This document shows positions 22,901 to 34,759 of a DNA stretch of 64,000 nucleotides, in pieces (position 1 is the first letter of the stretch; every line of letters begins with the position of its first letter). The translations under genes and the position numbers were made by a program. The notes beneath the pieces are model-generated. The model saw only the letters and a list, made by a program, of their open reading frames with translations. It made no database searches and was not told the DNA's origin. Source of the stretch: Psammoneis japonica (taxonomy: Eukaryota); NCBI GenBank assembly GCA_008632985.1, contig QPGO01000061.1:310001-374000 (forward strand), written 5' to 3'.

Positions 22901-25520
22901 GGCGCACGCCCCTCGAGACTCTCACTGGATCCACCCCGGACATCAGCCCATTGCTTCGCTTTCACTGGTGGGAACCAGTGCACTTCCACCTCGATGACTC
23001 CGATTGGCCGTCCGAATCCCGTGAGTTGCGTGGACGCTTCGTTGGCATTGCTGAGCACGTCGGCCACCAGATGACCTTCAAGATCTATCTGACGAGACTC
23101 AGAAGATCCTCTGCCGGTCCAACGTTCGCTCCGCCACCCCGATCCTGCCGTTCGAAACCTGCGTCTTGATCCTCCTGATGGGGAGCCACCTGAACCCATC
23201 ATCAAATCTCGCCATGACGACAACCCCGTCGATTCTCCTGATGGGGAGATCAGGACACCCAAGATGCCAGTTTTCGATCCGCAAGACATCATTGGACGTA
23301 CCTTCCTCATGCAGCCACAAGAGGATGGACAACGCCACAGAGCTCGCATCGTCAAGGCCGTTGAAGACCACGAATGGAAAGTGAACGGCAATCCTGAGCT
23401 CACTAAGTTCGTCTGCTCTGTCAACAATGACGAATACGAGGAAGTCCTTGCCCACAATGACATCATGAATCACATTGAGCGAGAAGACGAAGACACCACC
23501 ATTTGGAAATTTCGACGCATCGGTCACACGAAGGACCTCTGAAGCCTCACGACCCAACCTGGAAAGGCTCAAGCTACAACATCATGCTTGAATGGGAAAG
23601 TGGGGAGATCACGTCCGAGCCTCTTGCCATCATCGCCAAGGACGACCCCGTCACCTGTGCCATCTATGCACGAGAGAACGGACTCCTCGACACGGATGGC
23701 TGGAAGCGGTTCCGCACTATCGCGAGGCGCCAAAAGAAGCTATTTCGCATGGCCAACCAAGCCAAGCTTCGCTCCTTCCGCACTGCACCTCGCTACAAGT
23801 ACGGACACGAAGTTCCCCGGAACTACAAACACGCCATGTCACTAGACGAACGCAACGGCAACCGCAAGTGGGGAGACGCAACTAATCTCGAGTGGACCAA
23901 CTCACGAATACGAAGTCTTCCATGACTGCGGGCCCTTCAAGTCTTCCACTCCTCCTGCGGGACACAAGAAGATCCGAGTGCACCTGGTGTGCGACGTGAA
24001 ACACGACGGTCGCCACAAGGCACGACTCGTAGCCGACGGGCACCTCACGGACGTACCTGTCGACAGTGTCTACTCCGGAGCAGTCTCCCTCCGTGGCCTT
24101 CGGCTGATGATTTTCCTGGCCGAACTCAACGAGCTGGAGACATGGGCCACCGACATTGGCAATGCCTGCCTTGAAGCCACCACCAAGGAGAAGCTTTACA
24201 TTGTAGCTGGACCCGAATTTGGCAAACTCGAAGGACACATCCTTGTCATCCACAAGGCACTGCATGGACTGCGCAGCTCCGGTCTCCGCTGGCACGAGCG
24301 CTTCGCCGACTGCCTGCGAGCTGAAGGCTTCTTCCCCTGCCGCGCCGAACCCGACATTTGGATGCGCAGGAACGGCGACCACTGTGAATGCATTGCCGTT
24401 TATGTGGATGACCTCGCCATTGCCATGAAGGACCCTCAATCTTTCGTCGACACTCTCACGGAAAAGCACAAGTTCAAGCTCAAGGGCACGGGACCCATTG
24501 AGTTCCATCTGGGTTGCGACTTTTCTCGGGACCCCGACGGAACCTTGTGCCTGTCTCCGCGCAAGTACATCGAGCGCATGGTCGACAGCTGCGCCCGACT
24601 GTTTGGGGAGAAACCTGCCACCAACACCCTGTCACCTCTAGAGAAGGGTGACCACCCCGAACTGGACACTTCCGAACTGCTGGGATCCAATGGCATTCAC
24701 AAGTTCCAGTCTCTTGTTGGTTCACTCCAATGGGCAGTGTCCCTTGGTCGAATTGACATTGCCACGGCTGTCATGTCACTCTCTAGCTTCCGAGCTGCGC
24801 CCCGTCAAGGCCACTTGGATCGTGCCAAACGCGTCTGTGGGCACCTCTCCAAGATGCGACACGGTGCTCTCCGCGTTCGCACGGAAGAGCCCGACTGTTC
24901 GGATCTCCCTGCTCCGGCATGTGAATGGATGCATTCCGTGTGTGGTGAAGCAGAAGAGATGATCCCGAAGGACGCTCCACCGCCCCTTGGCAAGTTCGTC
25001 ACTGCCACCCACTACGTCGATGCAAACTTGTGCCATTGCATGCTCACCGGATGCTCTGTCATGGGAATGCTCCACTTCCTCAACAAATTCCCGGCTGATT
25101 GGTTCTCCAAGAAACAAGCCACCGTGGAGACTGCAACCTACGGATCTGAATTTGTTGCCGCAAGGAATTGTGTTGAGCAGATTGTCGACCTGCGCATCAC
25201 CCTGCGCTGCCTTGGCGTCCCGATCCGCAATGTTAGTTACATGTTCGGTGACAACAAGTCGGTTGCAGACAGTGCCACCATCCCGCACTCCAAGTTACAC
25301 AAGCGACACACCGCACTGTCGTTCCACCGTGTGCGTGAGGCAATTGCCTCTGGTTGCCTTGAGTTCCACTTCATCGAAGGCTCCCGCAACCCTGCTGACA
25401 TTCTCAGCAAGCATTGGGGTCACTCCCAAATCTGGGACCTTCTCCGCCCCCTCATGTTCTGGAACTTCATTCCATCCGAAGTCGAATCTGTTTCTGTGGC
25501 TCCTCAAGCAAACTGGGGAG
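19913..25520 (+). pseudogene. Copia gag-pol, frameshifted and Tyr-depleted
   Basis: gag FKRGIKRD; protease LVDRGANGG; integrase ATDTV..D, ISDRAQVE, SEPHQQHQN; RT KHDGRHKARLVA, YVDD; RNase H YVDANL, TYGSEF, FGDNKS, NPADILSK; several frameshifts. Confidence 0.95.
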
Positions 25521-25796
25521 TGACAGGATTTGAACAGGATTTGGATGCGCGCGAAGTGTCGCGCGCTGTTTAGTTTACCGCGCACAGTTTTGTGTGCTTT
25601 AGTTCCGCGCGTTCACGCGCGATGCAGTTTGCTTTCGAGCCACAAGGCTCACAAGAATAATGACAGTAGCCCGATTGTGCCGACTTGCACGTCTTTCGGC
25701 TCCTGCAACGGTCTCTGAGCGGAGACTCATCTGCCATTTAGACAGCAGCAAGGAGTCATTGTTTGAATTCTTGCCATTTGCCTTCAATTTCTGTCA
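25521..25796 (+). repeat. 3' LTR
   Basis: Copy of 18690-18965 with 9 substitutions, all at TpA sites. Confidence 0.97.
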
Positions 25797-25801
25797 CCAA
25801 C

Positions 25802-27480
25802 TTTTTGAGGGATGCAGGCTTTTGGGGTGTGCATCAGTGGAGAAGAAGGCTGCTCCATTTGTGGCCAGAACAAGCGCCATTGCAGCCCATGCTTTGGATG
25901 CTTTTTTGATTCTTTGAGCCCACAGAAGGTTTGGCAGTGCAGCTGCATGAGCCCCTGTTCCCTTTGGACCCACACAGGGTGAGATCTACCCAGACGCCAC
26001 TTGCATGCCCCAAAACTTTGACCCTGATGCTGAAAGAAACAATGACAGGAGAGCCAAGCTTGTGCCACTGAAAATCCCGCCAGCTGAGTTGACAATCCAC
26101 CCTGCATCTTTAAAATCCAGCAAGGGTGGCAACTTGACAGCAATGTGTGGCTGTGTGGACATGACCTTTGAAGTTGGCCCAGCACAAGATGGTGATTTGC
26201 GGCAGTTTTTCACTGATTTGAAGGGTGAGTTGTTGGCCAAAACATGCAAAAAGTCTTTGGACAGGGATGTCAAGGTTTCAAAGAAAGGCCAACACATGCA
26301 ATCTGAAGTTTTTGTGCAATGAATTTCAAAATGCAACAAGGAAGGAAGATGAGAAGACAGCTGTGACAGGCTGATCAAAGTCATTTGTGACAAGTGCTCT
26401 GCTTGAGTGCTTCAAAAACTTGAAGCACCAAAGCACAGCTGCCCCAGCCAAAGGAGAGGAGGCACAAACAAAAGTCCCACCCCCTCCAAAGGGAATCAAT
26501 GCCTGCAGCAATCACTGCCCCAGTGAATGAAGAAAGGTGCTGGCAGAGCCAACTTGAGCCTTCAAAGCAGTGCTGCTTCTGCATCAAGGAACCGACTCTT
26601 GCCTCAGACAAGCTTCTCAAGCTCAGGGCATGACTGCCCCCCCACTTTGAAGATGTGGTGCCTGCTGAGACTTCAGGAGCCATGACCAAAGACTTTTGCA
26701 CAACTGTGCACTTGAGCTGCTTGCCAATGAGTGCCATCATTGTGGGGTTCACTGCTGCAGCACCGACAGCTTTGCTCAAAGTTTCCAAGATGAAAACAAA
26801 CGCGGTGCTGCAAAAGAAACAAGGTTGGCTCTCATTTGCAAACACCCTGCAGCACCAAGACAAAAATGAAATGAACTTTGAGAATGACAAACTGATGAAC
26901 TTTGTTGAAACATTCTGTGCAGAGACCTCACAAAGCCAGCAGCTGGCTGTTGTTTGCCAACAGCAGCAAGCCCCCAAGAAGCATCAGAATTTGGGGAAAA
27001 GGCTTGCTCATGTTTTTTTTGACTCAGCACCCAGCTGCCACTGTCAACAATCACTGCCCAAGCTTCAAAATATGATGGCTGGAGCACCTCATGTCAGTGG
27101 ACAAGCTGAGTGGGCAAAGACCAAAATCCCGTCACAGACAGGGTGTTTGCCACCAGAGCCCGCCCCCCCCAAGAAGAGAAGCCTTCAAGTGTGGGAGCTG
27201 GCTGTGAAGTTCTTGTCAAAAAGGCAACAAGAAGCAAGCCCATTGACAAAAAGACCATTGAGAATCAAAGTGTTGCTGGCCTGTGTCCAGAGTTGCATGG
27301 CTGTTTTGCAGCAAACTTTGAACAAAAACTCTCGCACTGCTCTCAAAGTTTGCCAGTGCACACAGCACAGGAGTCCATGAGGAGCTCTCAGGATTTGTTC
27401 TTGTGATTTTCTCATGAAGAATGGAACAGGAAATCAGAAAATTGGTGAAAGGACCATTGAGATGCCACCCAGCAAAAAGT
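25802..27480. other. Unidentified degenerate TpA/CpG-depleted block, right part
   Basis: Same composition as 15400-18689 and contiguous with it across the TSD. Confidence 0.6.
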
Positions 27481-27795
27481 GACGCCGCCGGGATGCATCA
27501 TGGTGCCGCAGGTTTCATCGCTTGGATGGAAGGAGGTGTCTTTCTTGTGTTCGCGTCCGTTTGAATCAGGATTTTGGGGGCGGGTTCCCAACCCGGATAA
27601 CAAACGTTCCAAAAAAGATATTCCAAAGATCCATCAATTGCGACACAACATGTCGCTAATTCTTCGATGACGATGGCGGCGAAACACGAAATAGTAAGGC
27701 CAAGTCACAAAGCTCTCACAAGCCTAGAAATGACGAATGGTCCATGGAAGCACTGGTAAAGCCATCACAAAAGGCACTGCAAAAAAAAAAGCATC

Positions 27796-28389
27796 ATGAA
27801 GGTAATTTCTGGAGGTCAAACCGGCGCCGACCAGGCCGCGTTATTGGCGGCTCGACAAGTGGGCCTCGAGACGGGTGGCACCGCACCCGAAGGATTCCAA
27901 ACCGAACGAGGCCCCATGCTGGAACTCCGTGATGTCTATGGTCTCTCTGCAGAAGGAACGTGCCAGAGTCGAACCATAAAGAATGTTAATGACTCGGATG
28001 GCACCGTGGTTCTGCTTGTGCATGATGGATCGGACGGTAGTTCCAAAACCATTGGATGGGCAAGCAAGCGGTGCTGGGAGGACTCCTTTGAATCGAAATT
28101 TCAAGGCGGGCATCGACCTGTGCTGGTGTTGCATGCGGAGAATTTGGAGGAGGATCAGCTGTCTGAATCTGCCCTGAAAATTGTGGAGTTTGTGCGACGA
28201 TTCAACATTGGTACGCTCAATGTTGCCGGCCATCGACAGTCGGGTGCGTTTATTCCGCCATTCTACACGGGAAAAGCACCCTACGACTACCAACAACGCT
28301 GTTTTGATCTGTTGCTTCTTGCCTTCAAGTCACTTGTTAGAAACGACGAGGACGAGAGAAGCGAGAGGAAGAATGATGGAGCGGATTGA
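27796..28389 (+). CDS. Circularly permuted YpsA-type SLOG protein (the 'putative molybdenum carrier' family)
   Basis: ISGGQTGADQAAL..GG.AP.G...E.G, RT.KNV.DSDGT and LNVAGHR motifs. Confidence 0.85.
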   Translation: MKVISGGQTGADQAALLAARQVGLETGGTAPEGFQTERGPMLELRDVYGLSAEGTCQSRTIKNVNDSDGTVVLLVHDGSDGSSKTIGWASKRCWEDSFESKFQGGHRPVLVLHAENLEEDQLSESALKIVEFVRRFNIGTLNVAGHRQSGAFIPPFYTGKAPYDYQQRCFDLLLLAFKSLVRNDEDERSERKNDGAD

Positions 28390-29197
28390 GTTCCCCACTA
28401 TGCTATTCAACGAGGTTAACAATTGACGGTGTTGTATCGACATGGCACCACCACCAGCTGGTGCACCTTATGAACTATGCACCCGCAGTCAAACTCTGCG
28501 TCGGTCATGAATGAAAATGCCAACAAGTCGAAAAATGACATTATTATTACGTCGAAATAACCCGTTACTTATTGATGCAGGATGCAGGCGAGATTACTTG
28601 TTGTGACGTGAAATGACGTTCAAATCTGTTTTCCAAACCAGAGGAAGGCACGATGAGCATAAACGATAATATCCAGACCTCTTGCACGCAGTTTCAATAT
28701 GCGTATCGGACAGACAGCTACGGTCAAGGCAAGACTCGAAGGCGCACAAGTTTGCGTGCACAGAAACTCGACTCTCGCAAGCATTATATTACGAGATGAT
28801 GTAAAGAATGGGAATCTTTTGTAACTGGCGATGAACCTCGATAGTTGGACAAAGACGAAACGAAAACCACCAAGCAGAAAGGATGAAACCGACTGGGAAC
28901 GTGCGATATCTTTCGCGAAGAATGCTATTGTACCGTAGGTTCTTTCAGGAAAAGGTAAGGACAAAACTTTGTGCAGCAAACACCAGAAATTAGTGTCATG
29001 AATGATTATACTGTAAAGAAATGACTTGGCTAATATTTTAAGACCAAGAATGCTTTTTTTTCCCAAAGGGAGTTGGTGATCACGTGTATGAAGACTGTGC
29101 ATTTGCTTTGTAAGCAAGAAAAATAACATTGTTCTTGCAGCTTTCAAGTCGTCGGTTGTGCTGAGGGAGTGGTTCAGGGAGCTTCCAACGGCGCTGT

Positions 29198-32100
29198 TTA
29201 GGGACAGTCCGGTACCGAGCCATCACTAGAAGGGCTTCTGGGAGGGTCGACACAAACAGGAGCGGACGTTGGCCCATAGTTGGTAGAACTGCAATCGAAA
29301 TTGCCACCACCCGCGGCACCGTTGCAACAATAGTCGTCACCAGTTGTTTGGCAAGTGTAAATACCACCAACCGTGCTGCTTGCAACATCGGGACAAAATG
29401 GCAAATTCTGAACATTATCTCCAAAGGCGCAAAACGTTGATGGGTGCGGCGGAGTGTTTTGGTCCGCTTTAAGACAGCCTGTTCCGCATGTGGTGCTGCA
29501 CGTTGAAGTGCCGAGCGCTCCAAGTGCGACCTTGACGCATCCGCTGGTTGCAGGGCAGCATTTCGCTCTATTGTTGTTGTCGGTACTGACAATCTCGTAT
29601 GCATCATCACACAAAGTCTCTTTCGCTGTGGTGCATAGTCCTGAACCCTGACAGACAGAATTGACACAATCCTCGTTGGAAGCGCAATCAGTCTCGTCGT
29701 TGCACGAGGGGCATGGGTTATTACACCTTCCATTACTTGTATCGCACGCCGCCGAGCAGTCGCAGTCAAAGTTACAACTTTCGCCTTGGTTATTTCTTTT
29801 GGTCAAGCAAAAGTTTGAATCGCACTCACACTCGCAGGTATTCGGGTTGCAAGTTGCTCCCGCATTGTCACCAGGGCGTCCACCGCAGTCATTGTCTTGA
29901 CTGCAAGATTCGAGCAAGCCGTCGGCGTCAAACTTCGTCACGCATTGTCCAGTAGTAGGTGAATCAGAGGGAACTCCCGACGGAACATCACTTGGCAAGC
30001 TCGATGGAACGTCACTCGGTGACTGCGACGGAGTTTGGCTGGGCATGTCAGAAGGAGCATTCGACGGGATGCTGCTCGGCGCGCTTGATGGAACGTCACT
30101 TGGCATGAGTACTGTGGGACTTTGACTTGGTGAATCGGACGGAATTCCCGACGGTACGTTGCTCGGCGAGCTCGAAGGCATGTCACTCGGTGATTGCGAA
30201 GGAGTCTCGCTGGGCTGATCAGATGGAGCACTCGACGGGACGTCACTTGGTGTCGTTGACGGAACGCTCGAGGGAACGTCACTCGGCGTGCTGGAAGGCT
30301 CAACGCTAGGCATTGCCGATGGCACGTCGCTCGGAGCACCACTGGGCAACATACTAGGTTGACTGGAAGGAGTGTCACTGGGTACAGAAGATGGTTCCTG
30401 GCTAGGTGTATCAGACGGAACCCCCGACGGTACGTTGCTTGGCGAGGTAGAAGGCACACTGCTCGGTGATTCCGAAGGAGTCTCGCTGGGCTGATCAGAC
30501 GGAGCACTCGACGGGACGTTGCTTGGTGTCATCGATGGAACGCTTGACGGAATGTCACTTGGCATGCTTGAAGGCTCCATGCTAGGCATTGCTGATGGCA
30601 TGTCGCTCGGAGCACCACTGGGCAACATGCTAGGTTGACTGGAAGGCATGTCACTGGGTACAGAAGATGGTTCCTGGCTAGGTGTATCAGACGGAACCCC
30701 CGACGGTACGTTGCTTGGCGAGGTAGAAGGCATGCCACTCGGTGATTGCGAAGGAGTCTCGCTGGGCTGATCAGATGGAGCACTCGACGGGACGACACTT
30801 GGTGTCGTTGACGGAACGCTCGAGGGAATGTCACTCGGCGTGCTGGAAGGCTCAACGCTAGGCATTGCCGATGGCACGTCGCTCGGAGCACCACTGGGCA
30901 ACATACTAGGTTGACTGGAAGGAGTGTCACTGGGTACAGAAGATGGTTCCTGGCTAGGTGTATCAGACGGAACCCCCGACGGTACGTTGCTTGGCGAGGT
31001 AGAAGGCATGCCACTCGGTGATTGCGAAGGAGTCTCGCTGGGCTGATCAGATGGAGCACTCGACGGGACGACACTTGGTGTCGTTGACGGAACGCTCGAG
31101 GGAATGTCACTCGGCGTGCTGGAAGGCTCAACGCTAGGCATTGCCGATGGCATGTCGCTCGGAGCACCACTGGGCGACATGCTGGGTTGTTTGGAAGGCA
31201 TGTCACTGGGTACAGAAGATGGTTCCTGGCTAGGTGTATCAGACGGAACCCCCGACGGTACGTTGCTTGGCGAGGTAGAAGGCATGCCACTCGGTGATTG
31301 CGAAGGAGTCTCGCTGGGCTGATCAGATGGAGCACTCGACGGGACGGCACTTGGTGTCGTTGACGGAACGCTCGAGGGAATGTCACTCGGCGTGCTGGAA
31401 GGCTCAACGCTAGGCATTGCCGATGGCATGTCGCTCGGAGCACCACTGGGCGACACACTAGGTGACTGGAAGGATGTCACTGGGTACAGAAGATGGTTCC
31501 TGGCTAGGTGTATCAGACGGAACCCCCGATGGTACGTTGCTTGGCGAGGTAGAAGGCGCACTGCTCGGTGATTCCGAAGGAGTCTCGCTGGGCTGATCAG
31601 ACGGAGCACTCGACGGGACGTTGCTTGGTGTCGTCGATGGAACGCTCGAGGGAACGTCACTCGGCATGCTTGAAGGCTCCGTGCTAGGCATTGCTGATGG
31701 CATGTTACTCGGAGCGCTGCTGGGCAACACGCTAGGTTGACTGGAAGGAGTGTCACTGGGTACAGAAGATGGTGCCTGGCTAGGTGACTCAGACGGAACT
31801 CCCGACGGTTCATTGCTTGGAGAGTTCGAAGGCGCTTCGCTCGGGGATTGCGATGGATTCTCGCTGGGCTGATATGAAGGAGCACTCGATGGGACGTTAC
31901 TTGGTGTCATCGATGGGGCGCTCGACGGAACGTCACTCGGCGTGCTGGAAGGCTCAGCAGTGGGCGTTGCTGATGGCATGTCACTCGGAGCACTGCTGGG
32001 CGACATGCTGGGTTGTTTGGAAGGCATGTCACTGGGTATAGAAGATGGTTCTTGGCTGGGTGTGTCAGACGGAACTCCCGTCGGTACATTGCTTGGCGAG

Positions 32101-33329
32101 CTCGAAGGCATGCTGCTCGGTGATTGCGAAGGATTTTCACTGGGCTGATCAGACGGAGCATTCGATGGTACGCTGCTTGGCATCATCGATGGAACGCCCG
32201 ACGGAACATTACTGGGCACACCTGTGGGATCATCGCTGGGCACTGCTGATGGGATCGCACTCGGAGCACCACTGGGCGACATGCTGGGTTTTCCAGTGGG
32301 TGCCTCACTGGGGACCGAAGATGGTGCCTGGCTGGGTGCATCAGTCGGAACCCCCAAGGGTGCGTCACTTGGCGAGCTCGAAGGAGTGTTGCTTGGTGAT
32401 TGCGAAGGATTCTCACTGGGTAGGTTAGATGGAGCACTCGACGGGACGTTACTTGGTGTCAATTGGCTTGGTGTTTGAGAGGGAACATCGCTTGGTGAGC
32501 TCGAAAGAATGGCACTCGGTGACTGCGACGGAGTCTGGATGCTTGGCACGTAAGAAGGAGCGCTCGAGGGTGCGCCACTTGGTGTGGACGATGGCACGTC
32601 TGATGGAGCTTCGTTGGGTGTTCTCGTGGGAGCTTCGCTGGGAGCCGCTGACGGCGTGGCACTAGAACCACTGGTTGGCGACTCACTTGGCTGACTGGAC
32701 GGGGCGTTGCTCATCCCGGATGTTGGTGACTGGCTCGGCGTTTGAGAGGGAACGTCGCTAGGAATTGCTGATGGTATCTTACTCGGAGCGCCAGTGAGTG
32801 ACTCACTTGGTCGACTGGACGGCACGTCCGATGGTTCGTCACTTGGTGTGCCAGAGGGAGCGGCCGATGGGACGCCAGGGTCGGGCAGGAGACGAGACGG
32901 CACTTCAGAAGGCACGTCAGAAGGAGCTAAACTCGGCTCAGCGGTAGGATCAATGTCCGGCAGTCTGGTAGACGGTCGTAGGGTGGGCCTCGGTTTGGGC
33001 CTCCAGGTGAGCCTGACAGGCCGCCTCAAGAATCCTTTTCCCTTTCCTTTGGCTTTCTTCGGAGGACCCCGTTTGGGAGGGCCCCTCTTGGGACGCCTCC
33101 TCCTTCCCTTGCCTCCCTTTCCCTTTGCTCTTCGTTGAAAAGAACCGGGAGGTTTGTTGTTTCCGCCTTCTCCCCCTTTGATTCTTCCGCCTGTTCTTCC
33201 TTTCGAAATCTTTCTCTTTGTCGTATTTCCTCTCCCTACTTTGCCGCGATTGAGAATGTTATTCTGACCAAAACCGAACACCGAGCAAGCCATGAAGGCT
33301 GAGAATAGCACCAGAGTGAAAAATCGCAT
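29198..33329 (-). CDS. Secreted Pro/Ser-rich mucin-like protein with basic N-region and Cys-rich C-terminal domain (one frameshift near 31470)
   Basis: Signal peptide MRFFTLVLFSAFMACSVFG; K/R/G-rich segment; PSxx repeats; Cys-rich tail. Two 1-bp deletions relative to neighbouring repeat units near 31462-31475. Confidence 0.8.
30130..32200 (-). repeat. Coding tandem repeat, 276-bp (92-aa) higher-order unit
   Basis: Anchor TCACTCGGC at 30279, 30831, 31107, 31383, 31657 and 31933 (spacing 552, 276, 276, 274, 276). Confidence 0.9.
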
Positions 33330-34759
33330 CGTTGCTGTTGTCGATTCTTCAATTGATGCAAAAAGTGAGAATCTCTACTGTACAGAAAAATGTGTTGGCG
33401 TGTGCTTCCGACTTGGCGCCGCATGAAACGAGAACACGCATACACGGTATTGGCCCTTACTAAGTAGAAAGGACACATCTATATCTTGTTATGTCATACG
33501 TTGTACGTGCGTTAAAACAATGACAAGACATAAACGACTTAAGGGGATTTTCCAGAGATAGCCAAGATGGGCAATGTTAGGGCGGGAACAGCAGAGGAGA
33601 AAAAGGGAAAAAGAAAGAAAAAAGAGGAGAAAGGGATTGGAGACTGCCTTTTTTCCAATTAAAAGTAAAAACATAAAAAATCGTCGCTCTTTTTGCAGCA
33701 TTTGCGATACATTTTGAATCCCCATCTTCGACGCTCTTGTGCTTGGGAGCTCGAGATTATCATTTACTGAAGGTGTTTTTAGAAGTGGCTTGGGAGCTCG
33801 AAGCTTTGGGCCAAATGCACCAGAATACTACAGGTATTTTGCAAAAAAGGCTTTCGTCACTTTCCCCTTTCCCTTTTTAGCCAATCAGAACCGAACAAAA
33901 CCCTCGTCTCTCCCGGCCGTGCGTCAACCGCAATAGTTCTCGCGTCGGCCAGGAGTCGAGTGTGAGTCGTCGTGCGGCGTGCGTGGTTGGCGCGCGCGCG
34001 CGGGAGTTTCCCGTTACCGTCAGGCCGCCGCCGCACGTTTTGCCGTTTCCGAAAAATGCCTCACATCACAATGGGCGACCAAACAATGTCGTAGCCGACT
34101 TGGGGACACTGAGCTCTGTTTCATTGCCATGTAAATATGGAAACTGTTGCCTCAATGTACTGGATTCATTTTGGGTTCGAAGAAAAAGCATTGCTAGAGA
34201 CGGCACAACTTCGTTCAGACTTTATATGTTGTTCGATGCGCGAAGCAACACTTTTCTTCTTCACTTTTTGTTATCTGTGCGTCGTCCATACCCATCCACA
34301 TCTGTTGTTGTATGCAGTTATACAAAGTGGGCGGTTAATGACATGGTATGAATAGTCTCACTACAGTGTCTGATGGCGAGGAAGGATGGTGTCAGGAAAC
34401 GAGAACCCTGCGATCACAAACCGTGTCATCACGGCGCAATACAGAGCATACAGTACGTTAATTTGTACGACTCGTCATAAAAAAAAAATGCGAAAGTGCA
34501 AAAGTCAACAACAAGAAGTGTAACAAGAACGTAGACGGAGAAGACACACACTATACTGTTGTTTCAGCCTGACGTCGACAACGATACTCATACGATATTC
34601 CTGGCAACAAGTCAGAAACAACAAACGTCGAAGCTGATCTGATACGATATTTCCGGAGCCATGAAGATCACTAGTTGTGTTCTGAGCTCGTTCGTATTCG
34701 TGGCATGCTATGGCAAGCTCATATACAGCGAAACTCTGGAGCAACGTGATTGGGCCCGT

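Larger units (their letters stand above)
18690..25796 (+). mobile_element. Full-length Ty1/Copia (CoDi-like) LTR retrotransposon
   Basis: 276-bp TG...CA LTRs; 5-bp TSD CCAAC (18685-18689 and 25797-25801); purine tract GGGGAG before the 3' LTR; gag-PR-INT-RT-RH order. Confidence 0.97.

Noticed and set aside
19913..25796. ADAR-type A-to-I editing of the retroelement RNA
   Set aside because: It would give A>G on one strand only and identical LTRs. Both A>G and T>C occur, the LTRs differ, and non-retro sequence is also affected.
31455..31480. Programmed frameshift in the mucin-like gene (and frameshifts in other genes)
   Set aside because: Two 1-bp deletions relative to sister units; frequent indels across the window suggest assembly error or decay.
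30130..32200. 276-bp repeat unit equals the LTR length
   Set aside because: No sequence similarity to the LTR; coincidence.
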